A DNA stretch of 64,000 nucleotides from positions 32,240,001 to 32,304,000 of the forward strand of contig OZ024758.1 in assembly GCA_964016885.1 (NCBI GenBank), in the 5' to 3' direction. Below the pieces are notes generated by a model. That model ran no database searches. It was given only the letters and a program-made list of their open reading frames with translations, and was not told the DNA's origin. Within the stretch, counting starts at the first letter, position 1, and each line of letters opens with the position of its first letter. Shown here piece after piece: positions 11,790 through 23,337 of this stretch. Both the position numbers and the translations under genes were made by a program. This DNA is from Eledone cirrhosa (Eukaryota).

Positions 11790-11901
11790 TTAAATAAATG
11801 GGTGGTTTCGTTTCATAGAACCCAAGATGGTTTTGGAAAGGTTGGCATCACAAGAGTTAATTTGCTGAAGGACTAGCTAAACAATTTGATTTTAAACTTA
11901 C

Positions 11902-12068
11902 TCAGTGATTTGTACTTCCATGAATAGAAGTATAAATATAAGGAAAGCAGGAATAATTGAAGCAAAGATCAACCAGACTTCAAATGTTTTTTTCATTCCC
12001 ATTGGATTAATGAACCAGCCACGTTTGTTTGGTGCTGTAGGTGCAAATTCATCTGACACCTCAAGTTT
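11902..12068 (-). CDS. SLC4 anion exchanger exon (TM8)
   Basis: tttcag|KLEVSDEFAPTAPNKRGWFINPMG...PAFLIFILLFMEVQIT-GA|gtaagt. FMEVQIT has Glu at the AE1 E681-equivalent position. 167 nt, phase 0 to 2. Confidence 0.97.
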
Positions 12069-12814
12069 CTGAAAGGATAAAAAACAAAACAAACTTAGAA
12101 AATAAGAAATAAAAAGTATTTATTTTGTTTTATTTGTCATCAATTGCCTTTTATATATTTCTACCACATTATACTGGCTTTTTGAAACATCAGTCTTTTA
12201 TTACACACTCACATAAATGTGTGTGTGTGTGTATAGATCCTGAGTGAAATCAGAGGGAACCACAGTTAAAAAAATACTCAAATCAGGAATGGCATTCCTG
12301 ATGACTTCATACGAATGAAACACTTCTAGTCCTGTAGAAACCATTTCTATATTAAATATTGATTTCTATATTAGTTATTATTATTGGCCATGGATCTGTA
12401 CCTGAAGAATTTCATGTCAGCTGCTGATAGCGGTGCAGTGTCTGTTGTGGCTGCCCACACGGGAGTGGCAGTCCTGTATACAGCAACTGCTGTAGATGTT
12501 CTCCTCTGGTGCAACTGTGTTGTTTTTATTTTGAGCATGTTTAGCCTTGGAGGCAAGTTTCAGTTTCTCCTGCCCCCACCCCATCTCTTGCGCACTACTC
12601 GTCTCTATTATATATATAAATAGTTGTTAGGAAGCCCTTGGTATTATGACTGTTAAAGATGAAATTCAAAAGAGTCAATTTATGACATTCAAGAATTTTA
12701 TGCAGTTTAAGCAAACAAGTAGCATACAAACAACTGTAAAGCACAAATACTTCAACTGAATTGTAATGTTAGGGGAAAAAAATTCTTTGCATGCTAATAC
12801 TGATTTTCTGTATT

Positions 12815-13092
12815 ATCATCATCATCATCATCATTATCATTCAGTTTTTGATTATGCAGGACACAATCCCTAAGTAGGGGTGGGTGATGCTTGACAACAC
12901 TCCTTAGCATCCTGCCCCATGTGTTTCTGTCTGCCGGTCTTACTTAGGCCAGGCCAAGCCTAGCTTGATCTCAACAGACATCCTCCATTCAAGTCTTTTT
13001 TGGTTTTCCTGGGCCTCTACTGCCTCCTGGATCTACATTTATTACTTTGTTGATCCATCCCTCACTGCGCTTGACATGGCCGTACCAGTGCA
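12815..13092 (-). mobile_element. RTE-like LINE 3' remnant (a distinct family)
   Basis: Reverse complement encodes HWYGHVKRSEGWINKVINVDPGGSRGPGKPKKT, followed by a (GAT)n tail. Confidence 0.75.
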
Positions 13093-13219
13093 TGCATATA
13101 CAAATAGTTTAGATTGGATGTTAAAATGAATTAACTATAATTACTTAATGAATAGACTTCAATATATTTCAGTATGTTTCGAATGTGGTGGGTGAAGTTT
13201 AGAATTGAAATAGAAATAG

Positions 13220-13389
13220 AAGCTTTGCCATAATATTTTTGCCATAATATATTTGAGGCATATTAACCCACTGAAAGGAAAAAGATGGTATCAACACACA
13301 GTGTGCTAATACACATCTTTTTCCATTCAGTGGGTTTATATGCCCCATTATTTTACTATATTATAGTCAAAAATATTATGGCAAAGCTT
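13220..13389. repeat. foldback/MITE-like inverted repeat
   Basis: Outer aagctttgccataatattttt / aaaaatattatggcaaagctt and inner aacccactgaaaggaaaaagatg / catctttttccattcagtgggtt. Confidence 0.85.
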
Positions 13390-13542
13390 TATTTATGTTT
13401 CAGTAATTGATTTGCAGCTTACTGAAATGTCAGGTGATTCACATGAGTGTACTTAGCTGTTCCAGTACACCAGCCTCACTATCACCTGTAGTAAGGTCAT
13501 GAATGTGCATGGTTTATTTCTGCAGTAAATTATATTCATAAC

Positions 13543-13715
13543 ATGAGAGTGGGCTGAAAACGGAGTGATGCTAGAGCTGTGAAATCTTGCATGAATTAAT
13601 TTCAACTCTTCTTATTAATAACTGCATCAACAGGGACTGTTGAAAAATAAACCTCATTTAGTCATTCCACGAGAGTATCTGGGTCAGCCTCTGAACTCTT
13701 CAGCTGACCCCCGTA
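13543..13715 (+). mobile_element. mariner-type MITE copy
   Basis: Homologous to 6639-6842 (gtgatgctagagctgtgaaatcttgcatg...tcagctgacccccgta). Confidence 0.75.
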
Positions 13716-13792
13716 CTGAACTTCTGAAAACAAAATATATAACAAAAGTTCAACCTGACTTTTATTTTTCAGTATTATTGAAATATATTTAC

Positions 13793-13882
13793 CTGTGTAC
13801 AGGTGTCTTTTATTAACACATCTAGCAGCACCATAACTACAAGAGCTATTAGAATTCCAAAATCACCAAGTGCTCTCCGCGC
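13793..13882 (-). CDS. SLC4 anion exchanger exon (TM7)
   Basis: ttatag|ARRALGDFGILIALVVMVLLDVLIKDTCTQ|gtaaat. Conserved RRxxGDFG. 90 nt, absent from the ORF track. Confidence 0.96.
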
Positions 13883-13934
13883 CTATAAGTAAAGTAGAAA
13901 AAATTATTAACCATTTAAAAATAAATATACTATA

Positions 13935-14495
13935 TGTGATGATATCAATCAAAAAATTTATAGCATGTGTTGATATCAACATCTTATAACGGTTTGATAT
14001 CAACCATACATTTTATAGCATGTTTTGATATCAATCATACAATTTATAGCATGTGTTGATATCAACATTTTACAGCATAGAGTGTGTTGATATCAACATT
14101 TTACAATATAGCATGTGATGATATCAACATTTTACAGCATAGCATGTGTTGATATCAATATTTTACAATTTATAGCATGTTTGATATCAGCATTTTATAG
14201 CATAGCATGTGTTGATATCAACATTTTATAGTATAGCATGTGTTGATATCAACATTTTATAGCATAGCATGTGTTGATATCAACATTTTATAGCATAGCA
14301 TATGTTGATATCAACATTTTATTGTATAGAATATGTTGATATCAACATTTTACAGTATAGCATGTGTTGATATCAATATTTTATAGCATAGCATGTGTTG
14401 ATATCAACATTTTATAGCATAGCATGTGTTGATATCAACATTTTACAGTATAGCATGTGTTGATATCAACATTTTATTGTATAGCATGTGTTGAT
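13935..14495. repeat. ~30-bp minisatellite with palindromic core TGTTGATATCAACA
   Basis: About 18 units of atagcatgtgttgatatcaacattttayagc. Confidence 0.95.
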
Positions 14496-14600
14496 AGGTG
14501 ATTATAATGGGATGCTCCACAGTTATATTTCCTGAAGAAATGCAGTTCTATATATTATGTATTGTGTTATTGAAAGAGACGTAGAAATTAAAGAATGGAT

Positions 14601-15203
14601 TTTAGTGGTTGAACTTGGTAATTCTTCATTATATATAAAACAGAAGACCTGACTTCCCATGGGCACAGGTCGAAGATGAAGCATATATATATAATATGCA
14701 ACACTTCACACATCTCCCATGAGGACAAGCTGAAGTATACATTCAGTGAAGCTTCCAGCCCACACTGTAAAGTGGTCATGTAGGTGTCACGACAAAAAGC
14801 ACCCAGTCCACACTACAAAGTGGTCATGTAGGTGTCACGACAAAAAGCACCCAGTCCACACTGTAAAGTGGTGGTGTAGGTGTCACGACAAAAAGCACCC
14901 AGTCCACACTGTAAAGTGGTGGTGTAGGTGTCATGACAAAAAGCACCCAGTCCACACTACAAAGTGGTGTCATGACAAAAAGCACCCAGTCCACACTGTA
15001 AAGTGGCTGTGTAGGTGTCATGACAAAAAGCACTCACTGTAAATGAGGTTGGTGCCAGGAAGAGCATCCAGCTGTAGAAACCAAGCCAAAATTGGTTCTG
15101 TGTGAGCATGACATGGCCACCTGACCTAACATTGCTCACAACAGTATAATTTGTCTAACCCATGTGTGGAAAAATGGACATTAAACGGTGATGATGATGA
15201 TGA
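14601..15203 (+). mobile_element. RTE 3'UTR fragment with a 48-bp tandem array (14755-15045)
   Basis: About 6 units of gtgtcacgacaaaaagcacccagtccacactgtaaagtggtggtgtag, then ggaagagcatccagctgtagaaacc and a (GAT)n tail. Confidence 0.8.
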
Positions 15204-15243
15204 TATACAGAAAAAAAAGAAAAAGTTTAAACTTTTAACTTAC

Positions 15244-15567
15244 ACTTCTCCCAAGAAATTTGCTATTTCTGAATATTCTGAGGAAATATGCTATAAAAAA
15301 TGTTCCTAGAGCCAAAATTGTTGACAGGAGTGCAGTGTTAGGTTGATTCGAACTTTTTGCGTAATGATTTTGACTTTTTAAATTATCCTCAACCCCAGAC
15401 TCTGTTGTGATGTGAGTTTGGTCTACTGTGGCACCCATAGAGGAATTAAATAGAGTGTATGGTATTTCAGACACTGGTTCTAAAGAATTACTGCTATTGA
15501 AGCTTGGAAGAACAATGTTTGGACAACAGGATTCACAATCAGCTATCAATGGGTATTTTTGATAAAT
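15244..15567 (-). CDS. SLC4 anion exchanger exon (extracellular loop 3 and TM6)
   Basis: ttgcag|IYQKYPL...QPNTALLSTILALGTFFIAYFLRIFRNSKFLGRS|gtaagt. 324 nt, phase 0 to 0. Confidence 0.96.
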
Positions 15568-15640
15568 CTGCAAAAAATAAAATAAATTATGATGAATAAA
15601 TAATAAAGAAATTGTTGTTGTTGTTATTATTATTATATAA

Positions 15641-15853
15641 GGGCGGTGAATTGGCAGTATCAGTAGATTTGCAGCATTATGCAGAGTTAAGGTCCTTTAC
15701 GTTCTGTGTTAAAATCCCGGTTAACTTTGTCTTTGATCCTTATGGGGGTTGATAAAATAAAGTATTAGTAAGCACTGGGGTCGATTTAATTGACTTTCCC
15801 CTTCCCCTCAAATTGCTGGCCTTGTGCCTAAAGTAGAAATCATTATTATTATT
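15641..15853 (+). mobile_element. tRNA-derived SINE type 1 (MetaSINE-like core)
   Basis: Head gggcggtgaattggcagtatc, core ctttgatccttatgggggttgataaaataaagta, end ggccttgtgcctaaagtagaaa(att)n. Confidence 0.8.
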
Positions 15854-15856
15854 ATA

Positions 15857-16137
15857 GGGTGCAAAGAGAAATGCTGCCTTCCAACCAGTTTTGCTGAAAG
15901 GTGGGTTTAATTCCTGGGCTGGGTTGTGTGTTGTGTTCTTGAGCAAATTACTTTATTTCACATTGCTCCAGTATACTCAGCTAAAAATGAGTATCGGAAA
16001 TAACTTGGAGCTTAACCATGTGATGGACTGGTGTCCTGTCCAGTGGGGAGTCTTGTAGGCTCAGTCGCTTCAAGCCATGGAAACTGGGATAAGCACTGGT
16101 CTGATGAGCCTCCTGGCATCAGATAGACTTTAGACTT
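15857..16137 (+). mobile_element. tRNA-derived SINE type 2
   Basis: Core gttcttgagcaaattactttatttcacattgctccagtatactcagc, shared with the 9752 copy. Confidence 0.7.
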
Positions 16138-16307
16138 AACGACATACAAGGATACAGTGTACCTATTCTAAACCAGATACACACAGCTGTCTGTCCATAG
16201 GAAAATATTCATATAAACAGACTCCTATCTCTCCTATCTCCAGGCATCCATAAGCAACTGAACAAACTTTCTTGGTTGATTTTTGCTCTTACTAATGTGA
16301 ACATTAA

Positions 16308-16517
16308 AGGGCAGTGGATTGGCAGAATCCTTTGAGCAATGGACAAATGCTCTGTAATATTTGTTCCAGCTCTTTATATAATGAGTTCAAATCCTGCCAT
16401 GCTCAACATTGTCTTTCATCCTTCAAGGGTCGATAAAATAAAGTACCAAGGGACAGTTTAATTGACTTTTCTTACCCCTTAATTTACTGGCCTAGCACCT
16501 AAATTAGAAAACAATAA
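16308..16517 (+). mobile_element. SINE type 1
   Basis: gggcagtggattggcagaatc ... gagttcaaatcc ... ctttcatccttcaagggtcgataaaataaagtacc. Confidence 0.85.
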
Positions 16518-16781
16518 TGTGAACATTATAAGAATGGGCTAAGAACTCTCCATTCCACTCCACCTCACCCAATATTAGTTCTTCAGTTTGAAGAAGCAAT
16601 CTAACATTTAGTTTATAAACATTGGTTTGTTATATGATATATATATATATATATAAATTAAAACAAAACAAAAATAAAGTCTCAATAACACACTAACAAA
16701 CTGTAAACATGTAAGAAATAATAAAACTTTCAGCTGGTAGGGAGCTGAATATAAGGAAATAAGAATAAGGGAAATAATTAC

Positions 16782-16976
16782 ATCTGTTAATTTTTTAATG
16801 ACTTCGTAGATAAAGATAAGAGAAATCAATATAGCAAAAATTTCCTCTGTGAATCTGGTGACAAATTTCACGAGAAAGCTGCCTTCTAAGGCCACAACTA
16901 CTGCGGCTATCACAGTAACCCAGAATCCAATCCAACAACGCATAGGCAGGAATTCTAAATCATTGCTTTCACAGAA
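16782..16976 (-). CDS. SLC4 anion exchanger exon (TM4-5)
   Basis: tttcag|FCESNDLEFLPMRCWIGFWVTVIAAVVVALEGSFLVKFVTRFTEEIFAILISLIFIYEVIKKLTD|gtaatt. 195 nt, phase 0 to 0. Confidence 0.97.
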
Positions 16977-18104
16977 CTGAAAGAAAAATGGAGAAAATAT
17001 CAATATAATTATGGTTTCAAAAACAATCAATACCATAACAGTTAGAATTACATTTTAGGGGTTTCAATATTTGTATTAACAGCTAAAGAAGAACTAAATT
17101 GTCATTAATCCTGGTTTCACTTTGAGTAATGCAGAATTTATTTCAACCTGTTTAAAATCACATTATCTGTCTTTGTTTTTCTTTATTGCCAATAATTGTC
17201 TGCTTGGAGATATTTGGACAACATACAAGAAAATGTGTATGTGTATGAACATTTTCTACAACATATCTAAATTTGTAAAATGTGAAATATATACACCTAA
17301 CCTTTTGTTAATAGCATGTAACCAAGCTTACTATTTTTTCACTGTGATTTTTGTGCAATGTTATATTTTTTAACCTGTACCTACAAAACACATTTATATA
17401 ACCCCCCCCCCCCCCGGAAAAAAACCCCAGTTGATAGATGTGAATCCAAAATATATAGGGACAATTAAATCTCTCCCAAGGTAACTCTATCTTATGTTAT
17501 TATTTTTATTTTTTATGCTCTTTCCTACGTTCTACACACTATACATCTCATTCTACATTCCCTTACATCTCTCTCTCTTCACCACCGGATCTTGTTACCC
17601 GGAGAATTACCCATCTGCATTGTTGAGGCTTCCAAAACGGCCTAAAGAATATATATCCTACATTTATATAAATTTTTGATGTTGTAAATTAAGATCTGCT
17701 ATATTCTATTTGTGAATTCTGTCATATTTCAAATCTGTACTCACAAACCACGTGTAGTCATCATGCTTATTGAATTATTTTACCAACAAGATCAGAAGAG
17801 GTTTACTTTCTGTTGGTATGTAAGAAATATATATAATTAGATCAATTCAATGTAGTTATAATAACAGTTTATAAGCCTTGCTGTAAAAATATAACATTAT
17901 ATTACTTTCCTCCAAAGAAAAAAACAACATAAGAAATTGCCTTCAAATGCATCACATCTATTTGACCTATCACCAGAATAATGTTTGTCTATCTCTGACC
18001 ATATTGGGCCCTGTGGGACCCAAGTTATTGTGTCAGATAAACAAAAACACCTTAAAACAAATAATTTTCTCTTGCTTTAGACAGACAGTTTATTATCAAA
18101 AGAG

Positions 18105-18533
18105 TTTAGATTTACATTACTCTACATATACTATTGTATTTTCACAGTAAAGGCTTTACCTTACATAATATCTCACATAACATTTACATTACTCTATATA
18201 TACTATTGTATTTTCACAGTAAAGGCTTTACCTCACATATCTCACATAACATTTACATTACTCTATATATACTATTGTATTTTCACAGTAAAGGCTTTAC
18301 CTCACATAATATCTCACATAACATCTACATTACTCTATATATACTATTGTATTTTCACAGTAAAGGCTTTACCGCACATAATTATCTCACATAATATTGA
18401 ATCTATGAGATTTTGATATTATTTATTTTAAGAACAATAACTTAACATCAGTATGAATAGCCAGTTACAGCTTTTTGAACAGAAAGGGGTGAGAGAATTC
18501 TGGCCAGATATGACCAGTTTAAATGCTAAAGAG
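18105..18533 (-). mobile_element. TTAA MITE family 1, second minisatellite-expanded copy
   Basis: End TAAATGCTAAAGAG|TTAA, with 4 units of the same ~70-bp repeat (18110-18395). The other TIR is degraded. Confidence 0.85.
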
Positions 18534-18734
18534 TTAAACATGTGCTTTCTTGGTTTACCATCTAGCAACAAGTATTTTATTTCTTTTAATTTTCTACAGT
18601 CTTGTTTTGTTTCCTAAAGGAATGATTGACAAGATCCCAGATTGCATTCACTCACCAAATTGGACCAAGGAAACAATGTTTTCATTGGTATTTCCAATTG
18701 CTGATACTATCAACTAGTTGCAACTCCTGGCAGA

Positions 18735-18846
18735 AAGATCAATGTGAAATAAAGTATCTTGCTCGAGGACAAAATGCATCACCTGGTCCGGGAATCAAAC
18801 CCAGGACCTCATGATTGTGAATCCAATTATCTAAGCACTAACCAAT
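18735..18846 (-). mobile_element. SINE type 2 fragment
   Basis: caatgtgaaataaagtatcttgctcgagga...ggaatcaaaccc...ctaagcactaacca is the reverse complement of the head and core. Confidence 0.7.
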
Positions 18847-18941
18847 AAGTGAGTAAATAAAAACCAGAAACAAATTTTACAGAAAAAATAAAACTAAGCA
18901 ATCCTAAATAGAAACACTGAAAGTTTTTAAAACTACTTTAC

Positions 18942-19090
18942 CTTGTATAAAGACTGCTCATATACTAGAACAGGCCCTGTGGCTCCTAGGATCATAAGGG
19001 GCTGTCCACTGAACAGGCCAAATATAAGTCCACACAGCGATGTACTCAGTACAGTTTCTGTTACCCCCATAAGTCCATTGGTTTTTTCCG
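18942..19090 (-). CDS. SLC4 anion exchanger exon (TM2-3)
   Basis: tttcag|CG AEKTNGLMGVTETVLSTSLCGLIFGLFSGQPLMILGATGPVLVYEQSLYK|gtaaag. Conserved GQPL.I.G.TGP. Absent from the ORF track. 149 nt, phase 1 to 0. Confidence 0.97.
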
Positions 19091-19939
19091 CTGAAACAGG
19101 AGATAAAAGTTGATGAACATTGACTTAGATTTTCAGAAACCTTTTAGAAAATAAAGTATTAGAAACTAATTCAAGGAGACATTCCTCACACAGAGAAAAC
19201 AGACATTTTGATAAGGGAGAACATCATTGAGTTGAAACTATATATATGGGTCCAAACCATGCAAGCTTTGGAAAATGGATGGAAATACAACGATGATGAT
19301 GATGATATATATATATATATACATAAATATATTTATAGAAGTCTAACCAATCCTAGCATGGAAAATGGACATTAAACGATGATGATGTAGAATGTAAATA
19401 GAAATAACAATGCCAACAACACAGTACAATGAAGAAATATATTAGTTTAATGCTTGAAATAATAGAAAAAGAGTCTTAAGGTTTTGGACACAAGTCCCTC
19501 ACCAGAAGCTAGAATGAGAAGAGGAAGAAACGGAAAAAATGTTGAGAAGAGGAAGAAACGGAAAAAAATGTTGAGAAAAAAATATGTGTATATTCAGTCA
19601 GCCATAGTTATCTGTAACAAAGTGGCACTAAGAGCACCCTAAGTTTAAGTGGCACTAAGAGCACCCAAGGGCCAAATGGTGGACTCTACTAAAGGCACCC
19701 AAGGGTCCAGTGTTGGTATTAAACTGAGTGATGGATTAAATCTACAACCCCCAAATCAGGAATAGTGGTCTTCTATTAAGTTTGTCTTTTAGATTTGACT
19801 CACAAAGCTTTGGTCAACTTCCAGATGGAACCATCTGGAACATCTTAACCACACTACTATGACTTCTCTATTTTGGGAAATAAAGTATTAATTGAGAGTT
19901 CAATAAATTTTATTTATGGAATATATCGTGTAAATACAG

Positions 19940-20232
19940 TTTAATAGAAAAAAAAATTTAGATTGAGAATAGAATGTAAAATAAGAAAATATAGAGAAAA
20001 AAGAAAAAAAAAGCTGGAAAGGGGAGAGAATGGCAAGGACTCTAGTGTGACAGAATGAGGGGAAGAAGGATTGGGCCTAGGTTGCGGCGGTATTGGGGCT
20101 GCACCCTGCGGACAAGACTGCAAAAGCATTCCCGTAGACAATGGCCAGCGACACCTGCTGCAACAGCCACCCCACCTTGTGGGGCTCCTTCCTCAGATGG
20201 GCAGCCGACGTTCCTATTTTGTGGAGGAGCTT
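19940..20232 (-). mobile_element. CRE-like (restriction-like endonuclease) non-LTR retrotransposon, 3' remnant
   Basis: GC-rich island encoding LLHKIG...EPHKVGWLLQQVSLAIVYGNAFAVL (compare the CRE C-terminal QRxSxAxxRGNA), then a pyrimidine-rich 3'UTR. Confidence 0.65.
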
Positions 20233-20378
20233 GACTATAACTAGAATTTGTTTTGGTGAAATGATAAGGACGAACATTTATGGCAGCTAAAACAGAATTA
20301 GAACACAAAACCATTAGTATTAAACTATAAGTCAACTGATAAGATTAGCAAGATAGTCAAATAACAAACTTCTTTTAA

Positions 20379-20586
20379 CCCTTTAGCATTTACATTACTC
20401 CATATTTACTATTATATTTTCACAGTAAAGGCTTTACCTCACATAACATCAAATCTATGAGATTTTAATATTATTTATTTTGAGAATAATACCTTAACAT
20501 TAGTATGAGTGGCCAGTTACGGCAAGTTTGACCAGAAAGAGGTGAGAGAATTCTGGCTGGATATGGCCAGTTTAAATGCTAAAGGG
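20379..20586 (-). mobile_element. TTAA MITE family 1 copy
   Basis: Perfect TIRs CCCTTTAGCATTTA / TAAATGCTAAAGGG with TTAA on both sides. Confidence 0.92.
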
Positions 20587-20671
20587 TTAAAAGTGAAATT
20601 TTATCAACATATATTTGAACAGTGAGAAAGAAATTAAATAGAAACATTGGTGTGTATTTCTAAATACGTAA

Positions 20672-20857
20672 ATAATTGTTTCTACTTTTGGCACAAGGCC
20701 AGCAATTACCCCAGTGCATTACTGGTACTTTATTTTATCGACCCCGTAAGGGTGAAAGGCAAAGTTAACCTCGGTGGTATTTGAACTCAGAACGTAAAGG
20801 GCAATGACTATGTTGCAAAGCATGGTGTCTGATGCTCTACTGATACTGCCAATCCAC
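20672..20857 (-). mobile_element. SINE type 1
   Basis: Reverse complement of the head, B box and core (ttatcgaccccgtaagggtgaaaggcaaagttaacc). Confidence 0.85.
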
Positions 20858-20970
20858 CAATACACATATAATGGTCTTATATATGATTATTTAGAGTTTC
20901 AGAGCAAACAGCACTACTAATGAAAGGAATTAGGTTTTATGTCATCTAGAGGACTAGAGTAAATAAATAT

Positions 20971-21300
20971 ACACTGGAACTTTGGTTCATGAACTTGATT
21001 CATTCCTGAAGATTATTCGTCACCTGAAATGTTTGTAAACCAAAACTATTTTTCCCATATGAAATGTTGAGAGAGAAACACAGTGAGAGAGAGAGAGAGA
21101 GATGTATGTGAAAGACAGATATCACCATAGTAACTAACTACACAGCAGGTGACGCTTTCCTACTGATACTCCTAGCTTGCTGCCAACCATTGTTGCTGGC
21201 TTGTGTGTTCATTACTCGAGACACTGTTTGTCACCCAAAACATTTTATGTTTGAAAAAATTGTTTATGATGAGAGGCATTTGTAAACCAAGGTTCCCTTG
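20971..21300 (+). mobile_element. Tigger/pogo-type MITE (TA TSD)
   Basis: ta cactggaactttggtt ... aaccaaggttcccttg ta. Homologous to 25943-26272. Confidence 0.75.
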
Positions 21301-21776
21301 TATATGTAAAAAAAGAATTTCTAAATCTTTTGTAAAATAAATTATACAACATGGGTTCTGTGGAGAAAACCAAACTTATTGGCGCCACTGCTGCAGAATT
21401 ACGTAAAAAACTGATGCAAATGAAAAAAAAACACAATATTAACAATAAAATTTATTTTGTTCTTTAGAAGAGTTAAATAAAAGAGAGAGCAGTGAAATAT
21501 GTATGTAAATATGACTTTTAAAGTTTTCAAAATAATGTTTAAATATTACGAAGACAACTCCAAAATTTTAATCAATAACAAGGAAATGAAACCTTATTTC
21601 ATAGAATTAGAATAAAGGATTTTTGACATCTTGAAGTGTATATTAAACAGAATACTTTATACTGAACTAATTAATGATTGTAATTAGAAATATGAATATC
21701 TGAATATTTTAAATAAATAATTTTGTAAATTGAATGTATATGTGTTTGTGTCACTGAAGTAATGTGTAATGTGTAA

Positions 21777-21915
21777 GTAGAAATATAGTTCGTTTTCACA
21801 AATACATCTAAATCAAAATATATAAAGCATTTGTTTGCACTGAGATACCCAAATCTCAGGTTTCTAAGTGCATCGGAAACATGAATATAAATATGAAAAC
21901 AAACTATATTTCTAC
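21777..21915. repeat. foldback inverted repeat
   Basis: gtagaaatatagttcgttttca ... tgaaaacaaactatatttctac, with an inner gcactgagatacc / ggtttctaagtgc stem. Confidence 0.75.
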
Positions 21916-22636
21916 AGCTTTATTACAGATTTACAAATTTCATTTCCTATCTTGTTTAGAATGAAACACAATGATAACAGATAGATGTAATGATATGTAA
22001 ATGTAATTCTATATGTAGATGCTAACATATTTAATATAGTGAGCAATAAAATCTAACTAGATATAATTCTTCTTCTATATATCTGTTACTGGTGCCATGA
22101 GGAAGCTCACTGTCTAGCATTACTGTCTGAATTACCCCTGCCTCCAGCCCGGTGTCATCTTTAAGAACATTCTTCAACATGGTGGTTAGTCTCCCAACTT
22201 GTCTGCACACATTAAGTTTCCAGAAAAGAGATAGCGTTTGTGGAGCAGATAACTCCCCTAAAACGAATCCTCAGGTTGCAGAAAGAGGAACAACCTTCAG
22301 ATATGAAGGTTAGTTGTAAATATATTGACTAAGCAGTCCTGGACCAAATCCCAGGCTGTCCTTTGGTAAGCTACTGGCAGCTACTCATATGGGCTTATTC
22401 AAAGATCCATTTGGGAAGCAGGAATGGTGATTGTGCTGAAAAGTGAACACCTATAAACAGTTGTTTCAGTTTTCAGTGCTTGTTTGCCTAGCAAAGGAAC
22501 TGATCATTAAGTCAACAGCAGAGGAACTGTGCCTCCATCAGTGTGGCACTGCACATGTAAAAAGCATGGCAAGTCATCACAGTATTTCAGCCAATAGAAA
22601 AAAATGACTGATACAAACAACAGACATAATCATATT

Positions 22637-23182
22637 GAGGGTTGGACACCATGCTAGGGCAGTTGATTGGCAGTATCGGTAGAGGGTCGGACACCATGTT
22701 AGGGCAGTGGATTGGCAGTATCGGTAGAGGGTCAGACACCTTGCTAGAGCAGTATCGGTAGAGGGTCGGACACCATGTTAGGGTGGTGGATTGGCAGTAT
22801 TGGTAGAGGGTCGGACACCATGTTAGGGTGGTGGATTGACAGTATTGGTAGAGGGTCAGACACCATGTTAGGGTGGTGGAATGGCAGTATCAGTAGGGGG
22901 TTGGACACCATGTTAGGGCTGTGGATTGGCAGTATCGGTAGAGGGTCAGACACCATGCTAGGGCAGTGGATTGGGGCAGTATCGGTAGAGGGTCAGACAC
23001 CATGTTAGGGTGGTGGATTGGCAGTATTGGTAGAGGGTCGGACACCATGTTAGGGCAGTGGATTGGCAGTATCGGTAGAGGGTCAGACATCATGCTAGGG
23101 CAGTGGATTGGCAGTATTGGTAGAGGGTCGGACACCATGTTAGGGCGGTGGATTGGCAGTATCGGTAGAGGGTCAGACACCA
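22637..23182 (+). repeat. 45-bp minisatellite made of the SINE type 1 5' head
   Basis: About 12 units of gggcagtggattggcagtatcggtagagggtcggacaccatgtta. Confidence 0.95.
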
Positions 23183-23337
23183 TTCTTTGACACATAGAGT
23201 TACTGCCCTTGCCATTCTGATTTCAAATCCACCCCCCGAGGTTATCTTTGCCTTTCATCCTTACAGGGTTGATAAAATAAAGTACCAGTAATGCACTGGG
23301 TAATTGCTAGCCTTGTGCCAAAAGTAGAAACAATTAT
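23143..23337 (+). mobile_element. SINE type 1 body that continues from the last repeat unit
   Basis: ...catagagttactgcc...ttcaaatcc...gcctttcatccttacagggttgataaaataaagtaccag...gtagaaacaattatt. Confidence 0.85.

Noticed and set aside
12285-12335. CTGATGA...GAAAC...GTC hammerhead-like string next to a short hairpin
   Set aside because: Stem II is weak and no stem I pairing was found, so it is not called.
22100-22560. Possible very old LINE remnants (also 30860-31120 and 31440-31800)
   Set aside because: Only faint motif similarity (for example LFWKL...LKDDTGL). Boundaries and family cannot be supported.
22637-23182. CRISPR-like regular repeats (also 13935, 14755, 26596, 28525)
   Set aside because: Units are head-to-tail with no unique spacers, there are no cas genes, and the context is a eukaryotic intron. 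They are minisatellites.
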